A stretch of DNA of 60,761 nt, filler included, from Squatina squatina (lineage: Eukaryota), in assembly GCA_031763465.1 (NCBI GenBank). It is 4 parts of 4 records of this genome, joined end to end, with 100 filler letters (N's around TTAATTAATTAA, not from the genome) between each part and the next. Parts side by side here need not be neighbours in the genome. Positions count along the whole stretch, not along the records: positions 1 to 16,460 come from JARFOE010000080.1; 3 more parts are not named here. The stretch is one strand, 5' to 3'. Below are positions 1 to 11,980 of this stretch, piece after piece. The notes under the pieces were generated by a model that was given only the letters and a program-made list of their open reading frames with translations, was not told where the DNA came from and did not search any database. Numbering within the stretch: the first letter of the stretch is position 1; every line of letters begins with the position of its first letter. A program made the translations under genes and the position numbers.

Positions 1-39
1 AACATTATTGCTCTGAAATTCTGAGTCTTACAATAATGG

Positions 40-575
40 GAGTGGAAGGCAAGAGAGCTGCCAATAAAACAGTCTGGACCATGTGGCGCAGGTGGGAAAT
101 GGCAACTCCTTAACCAGTGCAGGGTGAGGTCTAATAACCTCACAAGGTCACCAAAAGTCAGTGAGAAGGCCACAAGCTGGCTTTAATTTATATTTTGTAC
201 ATTTTGGACAGTACCTTAAAAATGCATTACCTAATCCAAGGGTATCGCCCTGTGTGTGAAGTGTTCTGANNNNNNNNNNGGAAGACTTCAATTAAATGAA
301 CGCGCCATTGCTGCAATTCATGCATGCTTATTGAGACATCACTACTTTGATGGAAATTACATAAGTGAAAAGATTTTTAAATAGTCAAATTTAAACAGTC
401 CGTGACTGACAATAATGAGCATTCTTTTTTTGTGCAGGTAAAGATTTTGCACAATTCTAGAGAAGGGCAGGCTATAGGAGCAGGGACAGCAAGTGGATGA
501 GGCAAAGCAAGTCTTGGGAAGTCAGCTAATTCTATAGGAGATGGAGATATGGGAGGGCCTACACCCACAGAAGGT
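40..575 (+). mobile_element. Degraded PIF/Harbinger ORF2 (Myb/SANT-like DNA-binding protein) remnant, two exon-like pieces
   Basis: Translation QCRVRSNNLTRSPK (~114-160) resembles the QCRKRFNDLTR motif. After a ttttttgtgcag acceptor, VKILHNSREGQAIGAG...SIGDGDMGG resembles the K.AHN.RER..TGGG...GDGE segment of Harbinger Myb proteins. Confidence 0.5.
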
Positions 576-787
576 TTGTGCTGACTAAGCACTAATAGTC
601 AATGACCAGAAATGGTTTCTTTTTTGAGGCTCATATTCCAAGAAGGCACTTACATGTGATTAACAGGAAGGAAAATGTGTACAACAANNNNNNNNNNNNN
701 NNNNNNNNNNNNNNNNNNNNNNNNNNNNNNNNNNNNNNNNNNNNNNNNNNNNNNNNNNNNNNNNNNNNNNNNNNNNNNNNNNNNNNN

Positions 788-1780
788 AGAAAAATTTTAT
801 GAGAAACTGCTAAAAGAGATGGTCCGGCAATTTTATGAGAAGAATTATGGGGACGAAAGTTGGGGAGATTTATATAAACTGGTAAATAACAGTCATACGG
901 GCTTGAGGAGACAAAAAAGGGGGTTATTCAATGACGCGGCCACGGTATTTAATACAGGGACGTCCCAATCAATAGTATGGATAACACTCAGTTGCAAATA
1001 CAAGTAAATACCTTAAAGGACCAGCTAAAGAAAATACTGGGGGAGGGTAATAATATTGGGGGGACAAGTATTGCAGGAAGACCAAGTGATGACAATTCAC
1101 CTGAAGGAAATAATAGCTGAGTTGGAGACTCGCACCCAGACCATAAACAAACTAATAAAGGAAGTACGAAATGCTTCGGACCGGGCCGCCCAAAATGACG
1201 CATGTGTCATGTACGGTGCCTGGTTGTTAAACGAAGGGTGTAGTAATTTAGAGGATTTGAAACAAGGCCACATATCGTCATGGATTGGCAACTGGCACCT
1301 AAAGGCTATAAGGGCACATAACGAGCTTATGAATCCGTGTCAGCTGCGGTCGACCTCCGATCAACTGTGGTCAAAATAAACAAACTATAGGGGAGGTACA
1401 CATGTGGTATTGTGCCCATACCACCTGAATCTTTTCGATCGGCCAGTATGTGAGTTTGATTTTGGAAGCGGACAGCCTATCAACTGTATCATGAGGGTGA
1501 TGGCTCAGAGCCATGTCTCACTCCAAGTCGCATATAAGGGTGATGGAACCTACTGTATTACCACTAATGAGAGCCGGTATAGGGTACACAATGATACCTG
1601 GTGTCCAGTTCAAGACACTACCTCTTGCTTCAGACCCCAGATAGAGGTCCAGGTAGCACAGGAATCACATCCCAATCAATATCACGGTTAACGGTACTTT
1701 GCCAAACCTCCAGGAATACATATCTCGTTTTGGATATGATATGCCGCCAATACCCGACCACTTGAATAAACTAGTAAAGG
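788..1780 (+). mobile_element. env: Endogenous viral env pseudogene fragment (class I fusion protein, lokiretrovirus/foamy-like)
   Basis: Furin site RRQKR|GLF at 906-920, then a fusion-peptide-like GLFNDAATVFNTGTS. Heptad helices INSMDNTQLQIQVNTLKDQLKKIL and LKEIIAELETRTQTINKLIKEV follow, then a Cys-rich region (LCPYH, PVCEF, INCIM, GTYCITTN, WCPV, TTSCF) and N-glycosylation sequons (NNS, NAS, NES, NDT, NIT, NGT). Disrupted by frameshifts near 967, 1057 and 1665 and a stop at 1377. Confidence 0.8.
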
Positions 1781-3226
1781 NNNNNNNNNNNNNNNNNNNN
1801 NNNNNNNNNNNNNNNNNNNNNNNNNNNNNNNNNNNNNNNNNNNNNNNNNNNNNNNNNNNNNNNNNNNNNNNNNNNNNNNNTTTAATTGATATCATCTTTC
1901 ATGGTTGAGTAGTGCTTAATGTGCTGACAAGCACCCTTTGCAGAGCATTTTTAAGGACAATGTGCAGCTCAGTGGTATTTAGAGTTTTCTTTTAATTAGG
2001 AACCCATTCTGCACTTCTTCCGTAAACTCGGTAGGTATGATTCCCCGCCGCGGAGCTGTCTGACAGATTATGTTTGTCTTAATTTAATATAACTGAGGGC
2101 AAGCTCATTTAATCAGTTATACTTGCATATAGACTGAAAATTCAAATCACATGACTTCGGAAGACACAACAGTCAACACTTCCTTCTGTCAGTCTTATGA
2201 TTCATTGAAGCTCTGTTGAGATAACAGGTGGCTCATTTGTTTGTATAATTAAAATACACCGATAGGTGTTTTTGTATAAATGCAGCCTTGTATTACTGTT
2301 TCTCAGCAATTGTGAAACAACCGCCATCAGTGCGATATGTACTTTTCTATTACCCTTTGCCTTATTTTGCGTTGTGTTTTAAAGCCCACGTACTCGACCA
2401 ATTCTAATTCAGTTCGAAATCAGGTTACAGTTATGTAGCAGCTATATTTTGTTTTTTGTTTTTTAAATTGTCACAAATATTGTTCTCATGAAAGTCAAAT
2501 GTGTCAGAGCTGAAAATTATTGTCATACGCTTGTCACCTAGGGACCAAAATTGGCTGTCGTCACGTTTCAAACGCTGCAACTCTTTTTAGCGCCAAAACA
2601 GCACCCGGCGTTGATAGTGNNNNNNNNNNNNNNNNNNNNNNNNNNNNNNNNNNNNNNNNNNNNNNNNNNNNNNNNNNNNNNNNNNNNNNNNNNNNNNNNN
2701 NNNNNNNNNNNNNNNNNNNGGACAATATAATTTATTAATGTGCCCGGGACGAAAATTCTATATGCGATTAGATCAACAATTATATCGTGTGAAGAAGTCG
2801 TTTTCACTGCTATATACAAATGAACAGCAATATTCAGTTAAGGTCAGTAACCAGTGGAATACAGACTATGCCGGTATCACAAAACACAGTCAACAGGTGG
2901 CTTCGAACAGTTGGAAAAGTTTCTTACTTTTAAAAATAAATGTAAGCCCAATTGTGCAATCAAACTATTTTGACTGCATTTAAAAAGTGAAAAGTATGCA
3001 ATAATGTTCTTAGTTTCTGACCTGAGCCATTCTAAACTTTCGGTGAATTCTGTCTCAATGGTTTGCCAACAGAGACCTCCACGAAAGTTAATCGCTTTTT
3101 CGAGCGCTTTTGGATTTGACTCATTTAAAAACATATAAGATAACATCGGCCAATTAAAGAATTTACCGACAGATTTTCAGACTGAAAGATCTGAAAACGG
3201 TGTATTAATCAAACTGTGCGGCTTAC

Positions 3227-4097
3227 CTTGTCAAACCACTGTAGTGAGAGTAACCTTGCGAATAATTGTCCGCCATTGCTTTAGTTCCACCTTGATAGCC
3301 CAGGTATGTAATGGGTTGGTACCAGGTCACAGGGGCTGAAGAAGTAGACGGCATGGTATCATCTTGAACCAAGAAGCTGCAATTAAGTCCTGATTCATGG
3401 TGGGACAGACCATATGAATCTATAGGTTCAGTCTTAAACATTACAGCATCTTCCAGTGGCTCGCCTCTCATGCTGGGTCTTTGCTGTTGAGGGGAAACGG
3501 TATAGTCAGTATATGGGGAATAGCCAGTGGGCATATAACCGAAGGTGTTGCTGGGTTCCTGGCTCATGTTCATTGCCGGGTGCACTTCGGGTTGGAAATT
3601 CCTCTCGCCTTTCGAATTGGGGGAGCCGCCAGTCTCGGCAAAACCGTACGAGCTGGAGATGTCCGGGATGTAAGGTGCGTGGTCGCAATCGTCCGTGGTG
3701 AGAAGTTGGTGAGTACGTGCGGCCAGGTAGATCGGATTGAGCGGCAGGAAAGGAAAACGGAAAATGTTCAGAGGTGACAACTGGCCCCGGGGGTTTGGGT
3801 GACAGCCATCGTCTGTGTCTTGGCAGATTTCGGATTTCATGGAATGCAGAGTGGCGGCCGCTCCGCCGTGCTCCACTGAACCTAGACTGTGTCCAGCGCA
3901 CACTTTGCGCAATTTGGGCTCTGTGGGAATATTCCTATCTGTGCTGATCAGCGACCAGGAAGTCCCAGGGTCAGTGGGGATGGACTGCTTGCCCGGCCCC
4001 AGCCCCTCGGAACTGCTTTCACTTAAACTTAAATCGCAATTTGTCCACGTAGTGGGCTCCGCCGCCTCACTCAGACTGGACACTAAGGATATGCCCA
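3227..4097 (-). CDS. PGR: Progesterone receptor, exon 1 (3' part of N-terminal A/B domain; 5' part lost in gap)
   Basis: Open frame of about 290 codons up to the gap. FPFLPLNPIYLAARTHQLL matches the PR motif (human VPILPLNHALLAARTRQLL). The end LGYQ...YSGLTR aligns with human LGYQ...YLNYLR and stops at a phase-2 AG|GTAAGC donor (GT at 3226-3225). TRPC6 lies nearby on the same strand, as in other vertebrates. Confidence 0.88.
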
Positions 4098-5010
4098 NNN
4101 NNNNNNNNNNNNNNNNNNNNNNNNNNNNNNNNNNNNNNNNNNNNNNNNNNNNNNNNNNNNNNNNNNNNNNNNNNNNNNNNNNNNNNNNNNNNNNNNNNNN
4201 NNNNNNNNNNNNNNNNNNNNNNNNNNNNNNNNNNNNNNNNNNNNNNNNNNNNNNNNNNNNNNNNNNNNNNNNNNNNNNNNNNNNNNNNNNNNNNNNNNNN
4301 NNNNNNNNNNNNNNNNNNNNNNNNNNNNNNNNNNNNNNNNNNNNNNNNNNNNNNNNNNNNNNNNNNNNNNNNNNNNNNNNNNNNNNNNNNNNNNNNNNNN
4401 NNNNNNNNNNNNNNNNNNNNNNNNNNNNNNNNNNNNNNNNNNNNNNNNNNNNNNNNNNNNNNNNNNNNNNNNNNNNNNNNNNNNNNNNNNNNNNNNNNNN
4501 NNNNNNNNNNNNNNNNNNNNNNNNNNNNNNNNNNNNNNNNNNNNNNNNNNNNNNNNNNNNNNNNNNNNNNNNNNNNNNNNNNNNNNNNNNNNNNNNNNNN
4601 NNNNNNNNNNNNNNNNNNNNNNNNNNNNNNNNNNNNNNNNNNNNNNNNNNNNNNNNNNNNNNNNNNNNNNNNNNNNNNNNNNNNNNNNNNNNNNNNNNNN
4701 NNNNNNNNNNNNNNNNNNNNNNNNNNNNNNNNNNNNNNNNNNNNNNNNNNNNNNNNNNNNNNNNNNNNNNNNNNNNNNNNNNNNNNNNNNNNNNNNNNNN
4801 NNNNNNNNNNNNNNNNNNNNNNNNNNNNNNNNNNNNNNNNNNNNNNNNNNNNNNNNNNNNNNNNNNNNNNNNNNNNNNNNNNNNNNNNNNNNNNNNNNNN
4901 NNNNNNNNNNNNNNNNNNNNNNNNNNNNNNNNNNNNNNNNNNNNNNNNNNNNNNNNNNNNNNNNNNNNNNNNNNNNNNNNNNNNNNNNNNNNNNNNNNNN
5001 NNNNNNNNNN

Positions 5011-5742
5011 GCGTGATCGCAGCCGTCCTCCTCTGCCGTTTTGTTTCTCCTTCCCTCACTGTCTCGGCTCTCCGTCTATCACGTGTTAGTGAAGATGTGA
5101 GACTTTACGTACTGTACAGCGATCATCACACGTCACAAAAAGTTTACTCCTGAAAGTTTTAACTTACAAGGTAGAAACATCCGGGGTCATTTTCCCCTCC
5201 TCCTCTCTTGTCTTAAAGCTGCTTTGTCTCTTTATTTCGCCACCAAGAGCGTCGAGCTTGTCAATCTCTGGTCAATAGCATTAGACCATTGAAACAGTCA
5301 GGCCATTGACGCAGGCACTGATGTACTCGGGCTGAATTAAGGTGAAAGTGGCGCTAACTTAACGCGCGTTTCCAGATTCAGAAAAAGCCGCACGGGAGTC
5401 CTTTCGGATACCAATCCCAAACGGCACTTAGTGCTTTCTCAAAAAAAAATCTCGAAATAGTAATGAATTTGTTAAAGGAGGAGGAGCCAATTCAGCTGCT
5501 GGAGTCCTTCATAGGTCACTGGAAAGGAATCACCAACTACTACATTGTGACCACAGGTATGGCCCCGTGGTTACATTCAACTATGCTTCAACTGCCTGCC
5601 AGTCACTGCAGCAGAATGTTAGATTTTTAAAAAAGGTGTTTGATGAGCGAGGTGGAATGACTTGTGGTTCCAGTGCACTGTTATACAAAGCAATTGAACA
5701 CTTCAAATAGAATTACAGCGGGGATTATTTACAACACAGATT
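5011..5742 (-). promoter_or_regulatory. Probable PGR 5' UTR/promoter region
   Basis: CpG-enriched non-repeat contig directly upstream of PGR exon 1 across a sized gap. Contains CCAAT (5487-5491) and GGTCA half-sites (5185, 5270, 5514). Confidence 0.4.
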
Positions 5743-5842
5743 NNNNNNNNNNNNNNNNNNNNNNNNNNNNNNNNNNNNNNNNNNNNNNNNNNNNNNNNNN
5801 NNNNNNNNNNNNNNNNNNNNNNNNNNNNNNNNNNNNNNNNNN

Positions 5843-6155
5843 CTACCACCTTCAAAGATTTGTGCACATACACCCTCACGTCGCTATGTTCCTACACCCC
5901 CTTTAAAATTGTACCATTTAGCTTATATTGCCTCTCCTCGTTCTTCCAACCAAAATGTATCACTTCATACTTCTCTGCGTTAAATTTCATCTGCCATGTG
6001 TCTGCCCATTTCACCAGTCTGTCTATGTCCTCCTGAAGTATGTTACTATTCTCCACGTTGTTTACTACAAGTTTCATGTCATCTGCAAATTTCAAAATTA
6101 TGCCCTGTCCAGGTTACTAACACATATCAAAAAAGCAGTGGTCTTAATACTGACC
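5843..6155 (-). mobile_element. CR1 LINE ORF2 RT fragment
   Basis: KFADDMKL...LQEDIDRLVKWADTWQMKFNAEKYEVIHFG, typical of CR1 RT. Confidence 0.9.
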
Positions 6156-8824
6156 AAATGATGCAATGTTGCTTTGAATTGGTCAACACAGATAGACTTA
6201 ATCTTCTGAGTGTCAGCTTTCAAAATTCTAGTCACATATTCTGTTGTGATTTCAGCAAAAAATACATTCTCTAAATTCCCCATAAATAAACCCATTGACT
6301 GCCACTGGCGAGAAATATTCATCTCAGTTTGCTGAAGAAATCACATATTGTAACACAAATTCTAATACAGCATTTATTTTACCTAATTAATGTGTTCAAA
6401 ACTGTTGTAAACACCAAATGTAATTTGCAACAAATATACAGATATGATAAAAACAACTTTAACAAATGACATCAAGCCAAAATAAATCTCCAACAGATTC
6501 AAGACAANNNNNNNNNNNNNNNNNNNNNNNNNNNNNNNNNNNNNNNNNNNNNNNNNNNNNNNNNNNNNNNNNNNNNNNNNNNNNNNNNNNNNNNNNNNNN
6601 NNNNNNNTAGTAACGAATTCTGATGATGAATCTCCTGCCATCTTGCTTTGTTTAGTATTCCCTTTTATTTTGTCTAATCTTTTGTTTTTTTGTTTTTTTA
6701 CACAACAGGAAACAAGCATTTTAAACTTAGTTGCAAAAATGACTACAGCAAAAAATAAATGTGATTGAATGCTTCTTCTGCTAAATTATGATGTAAATAA
6801 AATAGTAAATGAATCTTTTGCCCTCCCCTTGCTGAAGAGGTTGCACCCAAGGGGCACTTAATTTGCTGCCTCCTATTCTAACATAGAGCCTGCTCAATTG
6901 AACACAATAGCCTCATTAAAGCGATGTTCTGAGGAATATTTTTAATGGTTTACTTGGATTCTACTTAAAGTTGCACCTCAAATACATTCATCACTGCTGA
7001 AAGCTCAATCAGAATTTGATTGCTTTCCATCATCCACATAGAATTGCTTCTAAAGCTGTCTAGAGCTGAGGGGAGTAGTGGAATTAGGTTGTGTGTTTTT
7101 TTTGTTCTACCCATTATCTGCATACAATGAAATACTTACTCAGGAATATATTAATATTAAATTATCTGTGATTTGCCACCAAAGAGTTTACCAAAATCAT
7201 AGGTCCCAATAAAGTCTTCAGCAGTGTGGACTGTTGATTCAAAAGTGTTGGTGCTGAAAGTACTTAAGGGATTTCTTGAAAATTGCAATACAGTGTGGTT
7301 TTTGCNNNNNNNNNNNNNNNNNNNNNNNNNNNNNNNNNNNNNNNNNNNNNNNNNNNNNNNNNNNNNNNNNNNNNNNNNNNNNNNNNNNNNNNNNNNNNNN
7401 NNNNNTATTAAGTGGAAAATATTTAAGGACTAACATTTTTGGAAGAACATTAAAATTTCACCTGTACCTTTATTCTATTCAATTGCTAAATCAATATCAC
7501 GGCAATATTTTCGAGACTAAATCATCAATATAGCATCAGAAGGAAAGATGAAGGATGATGTAAACTTTCAGTAAATAGCTAAAAGTCTGTCCATTAACAC
7601 TTCTTTAAAAGATGTGCAGGAAGGATGATAAGAGCTTGAATGATATCTGAAATAGCATTGTTAAGATCTACAAAATGGAAAATAAATGAATAGTTCTTTT
7701 CACACATCTTTAGCTCAGTCTCACCTCATTATGGAAGATGTTCATATGATCTTAAAAAGAGGCAGATCAGAGATGATCACATTATAGAAGTGCGAATGAA
7801 TAGTTTTAGCTATTCTTACAACCAGTGGAACCTACTGAACTTCAAATCTGATAAAATCAAAGCTAATTAAAAATTAATCTTTTATATCCCAAACCATTTT
7901 TATTCAGGGTAATGGAAAATATTGTAGTTAAGNNNNNNNNNNTACCAGATTGGAATTTTTAGTGAATGCTCCGCATCCTCCCAAAGCACAATAACTAAAT
8001 CAAAAACTGCACAGATTAATCAAATCACTCTGTGAATTGGGTTGTACAGCTTCTGCCACATATCAAGGCTTCAACACTTCTAATTATTCAACATTAATGT
8101 GAAAATAACATTATCAACATGCTCTGATACACAGATGAAAAATTAACAAATTAACAAGTACAATGGTGAGAATGGGAGCTNNNNNNNNNNNNNNNNNNNN
8201 NNNNNNNNNNNNNNNNNNNNNNNNNNNNNNNNNNNNNNNNNNNNNNNNNNNNNNNNNNNNNNNNNNNNNNNNNNNNNNNNATGTTTTCAGTACACGTCCT
8301 ATTGATTGTAACAAACTTGTGCTCTTAATTAGCGTCATATCTCATTACCTCTGACTTCAAGCCTTCTGGGTCACACTGACCATATGACAAATCGTCACCA
8401 AGGGAGATTTAATTTTCTCAGTCATGTGAAATAGCCAAATCATTATATATATTCCATTTATCTGTTGAAATATAACGAGTGCAATCTTTCTCTTACTGAG
8501 CAACTGAGAAAGTATCAATTGTTAAGTGACAACCAGAGCCTTTAAAAAAAACAAGACTGTCTTCTTTTTATGCAAATTACTTGCTTGAAGCTTGAAGCTG
8601 TCAGTTGGTAAACAAGGTAGCAAAACCAACATTATATTTTGTGATGACTTAAAATGCACACATAAAGGAACCTTAAATAACAACTACGAAGACTAGATTT
8701 TCACCTGTCTCTGTGACTGTTGAGTACAAATGGTGAAATATGCTCCCGTACAGAATTTTTCACCTGGAATGACACTGTATTTAAATAATCAAATGGTTGC
8801 AAAGTAAACTTTATTTGCTATGGT

Positions 8825-9033
8825 AGCAGTGACTGGTCATTAGTGTTCAGTGACTGGTCATTAGTATTCAGTGACTGGTCAGTAATACTCAGTGGCTGGA
8901 CAGTAGTATTCAGTGGCTGGTCATTAGTATTCAGTGACTGGACAGTAGTATTCAGTGACTGGTCAGTAGTACTCAGTGGCTGGACAGTAGTATTCAGTGA
9001 CTGGTCAGTCGTACTCAGTGGCTGGACAGTAGT
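8825..9033. repeat. 21-bp minisatellite, about 10 copies (tcagtg[a/g]ctgg[t/a]cagtagtat), truncated by gap
   Basis: Direct tandem repetition. Produces the periodic ORFs TTVQPLSTTDQSLN and FSDWSVV. Confidence 0.95.
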
Positions 9034-9859
9034 NNNNNNNNNNNNNNNNNNNNNNNNNNNNNNNNNNNNNNNNNNNNNNNNNNNNNNNNNNNNNNNNNNN
9101 NNNNNNNNNNNNNNNNNNNNNNNNNNNNNNNNNGCCATTCGGCCCACTGAGCCTGTGCTTGATCTTTGAAAGAGCTATCCAATGAGTTGATACCTAAATT
9201 AATCTAAGTTGATAACTTGAATATGGAAACTACCCAGACATAATCTCCACTTCCCACCCTCCTGCCTTTGAATAACGCCCTCCAGTAACTCGGAACCATA
9301 TCACATTCTTTCACGTTTATGCACATTGTGTAGCTTTTACAGCCACATAAAGAAATGATGTTGCCCTCTAGTATTTAAGGGAATGTTTCTCGACTAACTG
9401 AAAGGATGCAGCTCATATGTTTAGTTTTGACAACTTGCAGCTGTTTTCTTCCTCATGAAGTGTCTACCCAGACTTGCGAAACAATCCTGCGAAAACTTGT
9501 TGGAACCATTACTCGGGTGAGAGAGAAAAAAAAGAGATCTAAAATTGTGGCAGCTACAGACTTCACTGTGATCTTTTTCTATTGTGTCTTTCAATCTATT
9601 TTAAAAATGCAATACAAATATTCCCAAATCAATCCATTGAGTTTCTGACTCAGCTATTTATCCCTTCAGATAACAAAGAATTACCAAGGACTATTCCTGT
9701 TGATTCAGATAATTAGCTAAAATGCTAATGAATATTGTTACTTAGGATTCTGTCTAGCTAATAGTATTAACACCCTCTGATAATAAAACATATCTATTGG
9801 ACTGGAAACAAAGATTGGCCAGGAAAACAGTAACTGAACAATGGCATGTCTTCAAGGCA

Positions 9860-10718
9860 GAGATAGATCAGGTAAAAACCAAGTATATTCCCATACGGAG
9901 GTAAGATGGGGCATCCAAAGCTAGAGCTCCCTGGATGACAAGAGGAATACAGGTTAAAATAAAACAGAAAAAGGAGGTTTATGTCAAATGTCAAATACAG
10001 TTGAAAGCCAGGTTGAATATTGAGAGCGTAGGGGGAAATTATAAAAAAATATTATTAGGGCAAAGGGAGAGTATGAGAAAAGATTAGCAGGTAATGTAAA
10101 AAGGAACCTAGAAATCTTTTATAAACATATAAAACATGAAAGGATAGCTAAAGGAATGGTGGCGCCGATTTAGGACTAAAAAGGAAATCTTGTGGAGGCA
10201 GAGGGCATGACTGAAGTACTGAATAAGTACTTTGCATCTGTCTTCACAAAAGAAGAGGATGAAGTTAATGAAGTTGAGGGGGGAGTAAAGATGGGCTAAA
10301 AATAGATAGAAAGGAGGTGCTAAATAGGTTGGCGTCACTCAAAGTTAACAAGTCACCCGGTCCAGATGGGATTCATCCTCAGTTCCTGAGGGATGCAAGG
10401 GTGGAGATATCAGAAGCTCTGACTATAATCTTTCAATCTTCCTTGAATATGGGAGTGGTGCCAGTCCTGTTTAAAAAAAAGGGGAGGGATAAACCTGGAA
10501 ATTACAGGCCAGTCAAACGTCTGTGGTACAAAAATAGTCGAGACAATTGCCAAGGACAAAATTAATTCTCACCCAGAGAAGCATAGGTTAATAGACAGCC
10601 AGCACAAATTTGTTAAAGGCAAATCATCTGACTTACCTGATTCTTTGATAAAGTAACAGACAAGGTTGATGAAGGTATTGCGGTAGATGTATGTAAAGCA
10701 CCACATAACAGATTTATT
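9860..10718 (+). mobile_element. CR1 LINE ORF2 fragment
   Basis: EVLNKYFASVFTKE and LKVNKSPGPDGIHP...LFKKKGRDKPGNYRPV motifs, frameshifted. Confidence 0.9.
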
Positions 10719-11503
10719 NNNNNNNNNNNNNNNNNNNNNNNNNNNNNNNNNNNNNNNNNNNNNNNNNNNNNNNNNNNNNNNNNNNNNNNNNNNNNNNNNN
10801 NNNNNNNNNNNNNNNNNNNNNNNNNNNNNNNNNNNNNNNNNNNNNNNNNNNNNNNNNNNNNNNNNNNNNNNNNNNNNNNNNNNNNNNNNNNNNNNNNNNN
10901 NNNNNNNNNNNNNNNNNNNNNNNNNNNNNNNNNNNNNNNNNNNNNNNNNNNNNNNNNNNNNNNNNNNNNNNNNNNNNNNNNNNNNNNNNNNNNNNNNNNN
11001 NNNNNNNNNNNNNNNNNNNNNNNNNNNNNNNNNNNNNNNNNNNNNNNNNNNNNNNNNNNNNNNNNNNNNNNNNNNNNNNNNNNNNNNNNNNNNNNNNNNN
11101 NNNNNNNNNNNNNNNNNNNNNNNNNNNNNNNNNNNNNNNNNNNNNNNNNNNNNNNNNNNNNNNNNNNNNNNNNNNNNNNNNNNNNNNNNNNNNNNNNNNN
11201 NNNNNNNNNNNNNNNNNNNNNNNNNNNNNNNNNNNNNNNNNNNNNNNNNNNNNNNNNNNNNNNNNNNNNNNNNNNNNNNNNNNNNNNNNNNNNNNNNNNN
11301 NNNNNNNNNNNNNNNNNNNNNNNNNNNNNNNNNNNNNNNNNNNNNNNNNNNNNNNNNNNNNNNNNNNNNNNNNNNNNNNNNNNNNNNNNNNNNNNNNNNN
11401 NNNNNNNNNNNNNNNNNNNNNNNNNNNNNNNNNNNNNNNNNNNNNNNNNNNNNNNNNNNNNNNNNNNNNNNNNNNNNNNNNNNNNNNNNNNNNNNNNNNN
11501 NNA

Positions 11504-11860
11504 CCACTGCGTAAGAACAGTATGACAGTCACTAAGGGACTGCATAAGGGTGATAGTTGATATTTTGATGTAATATTGGATGGATATATAGATAAAGTTG
11601 GATTGGAAAGTTTGCTTTTTCCAGCATTGTGGCCAAGAGGACGCTGTGATGGTCAGTAACAGAGGGAAGGTAAGGTGTGGGACTAATGTTGAAAAGGGAA
11701 TTGGGGTTGTGGTCACTGGGACTGCAGGTGGATGATTCCATTGCGGATATCCTGGCCACAAAGGGGCTGTCTGGGATGCATCCTTCTATCTGATTCCTCA
11801 TCTTCTGCTTCCTCCTCTTTTATGTTCCTCTTCCCTCTGTGAGCAGATGCTGTAAATGTG
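11504..11860 (-). mobile_element. PIF/Harbinger transposase C-terminal/3' remnant
   Basis: KEEEAEDEESDRRMHPRQPLCGQDIRNGIIHLQ resembles the acidic tail plus R.R..LI ending of HARBI-type transposases. Confidence 0.5.
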
Positions 11861-11899
11861 AAATGACAGCATAAAATGCTGATCAGGCAGCATCTCAAC

Positions 11900-11980
11900 C
11901 GAAGATGTGAACTGTGTTTTCCTTTCCACGGATGTTGCCTCACCTGCTGAGTATTTGCAGCATGTTCTGTCTTCTCAAAG
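11900..11980 (+). mobile_element. Penelope-type terminal fragment
   Basis: gatgttgcctcacctgctgagtatttgcagcatgttctgt matches the common shark PLE tail (gatgctgcctgacctgctgagtatttccagcattttctg). Confidence 0.5.

Noticed and set aside
3815-5089. Long ORFs (424 aa, 330 aa, also 10569-11761) in the ORF track
   Set aside because: These are artefacts of translating through N gaps.
6608-6645. aagATGG MAGDSSSEFVT on minus, a possible first exon of the CCCH gene
   Set aside because: It is only 11 codons, on the wrong strand unless the contig is flipped, and has no diagnostic similarity.
7460-7690. Exon-like minus segment with ttttgtag acceptor
   Set aside because: It has stops in all frames and no match to the TRPC6 terminal exons.
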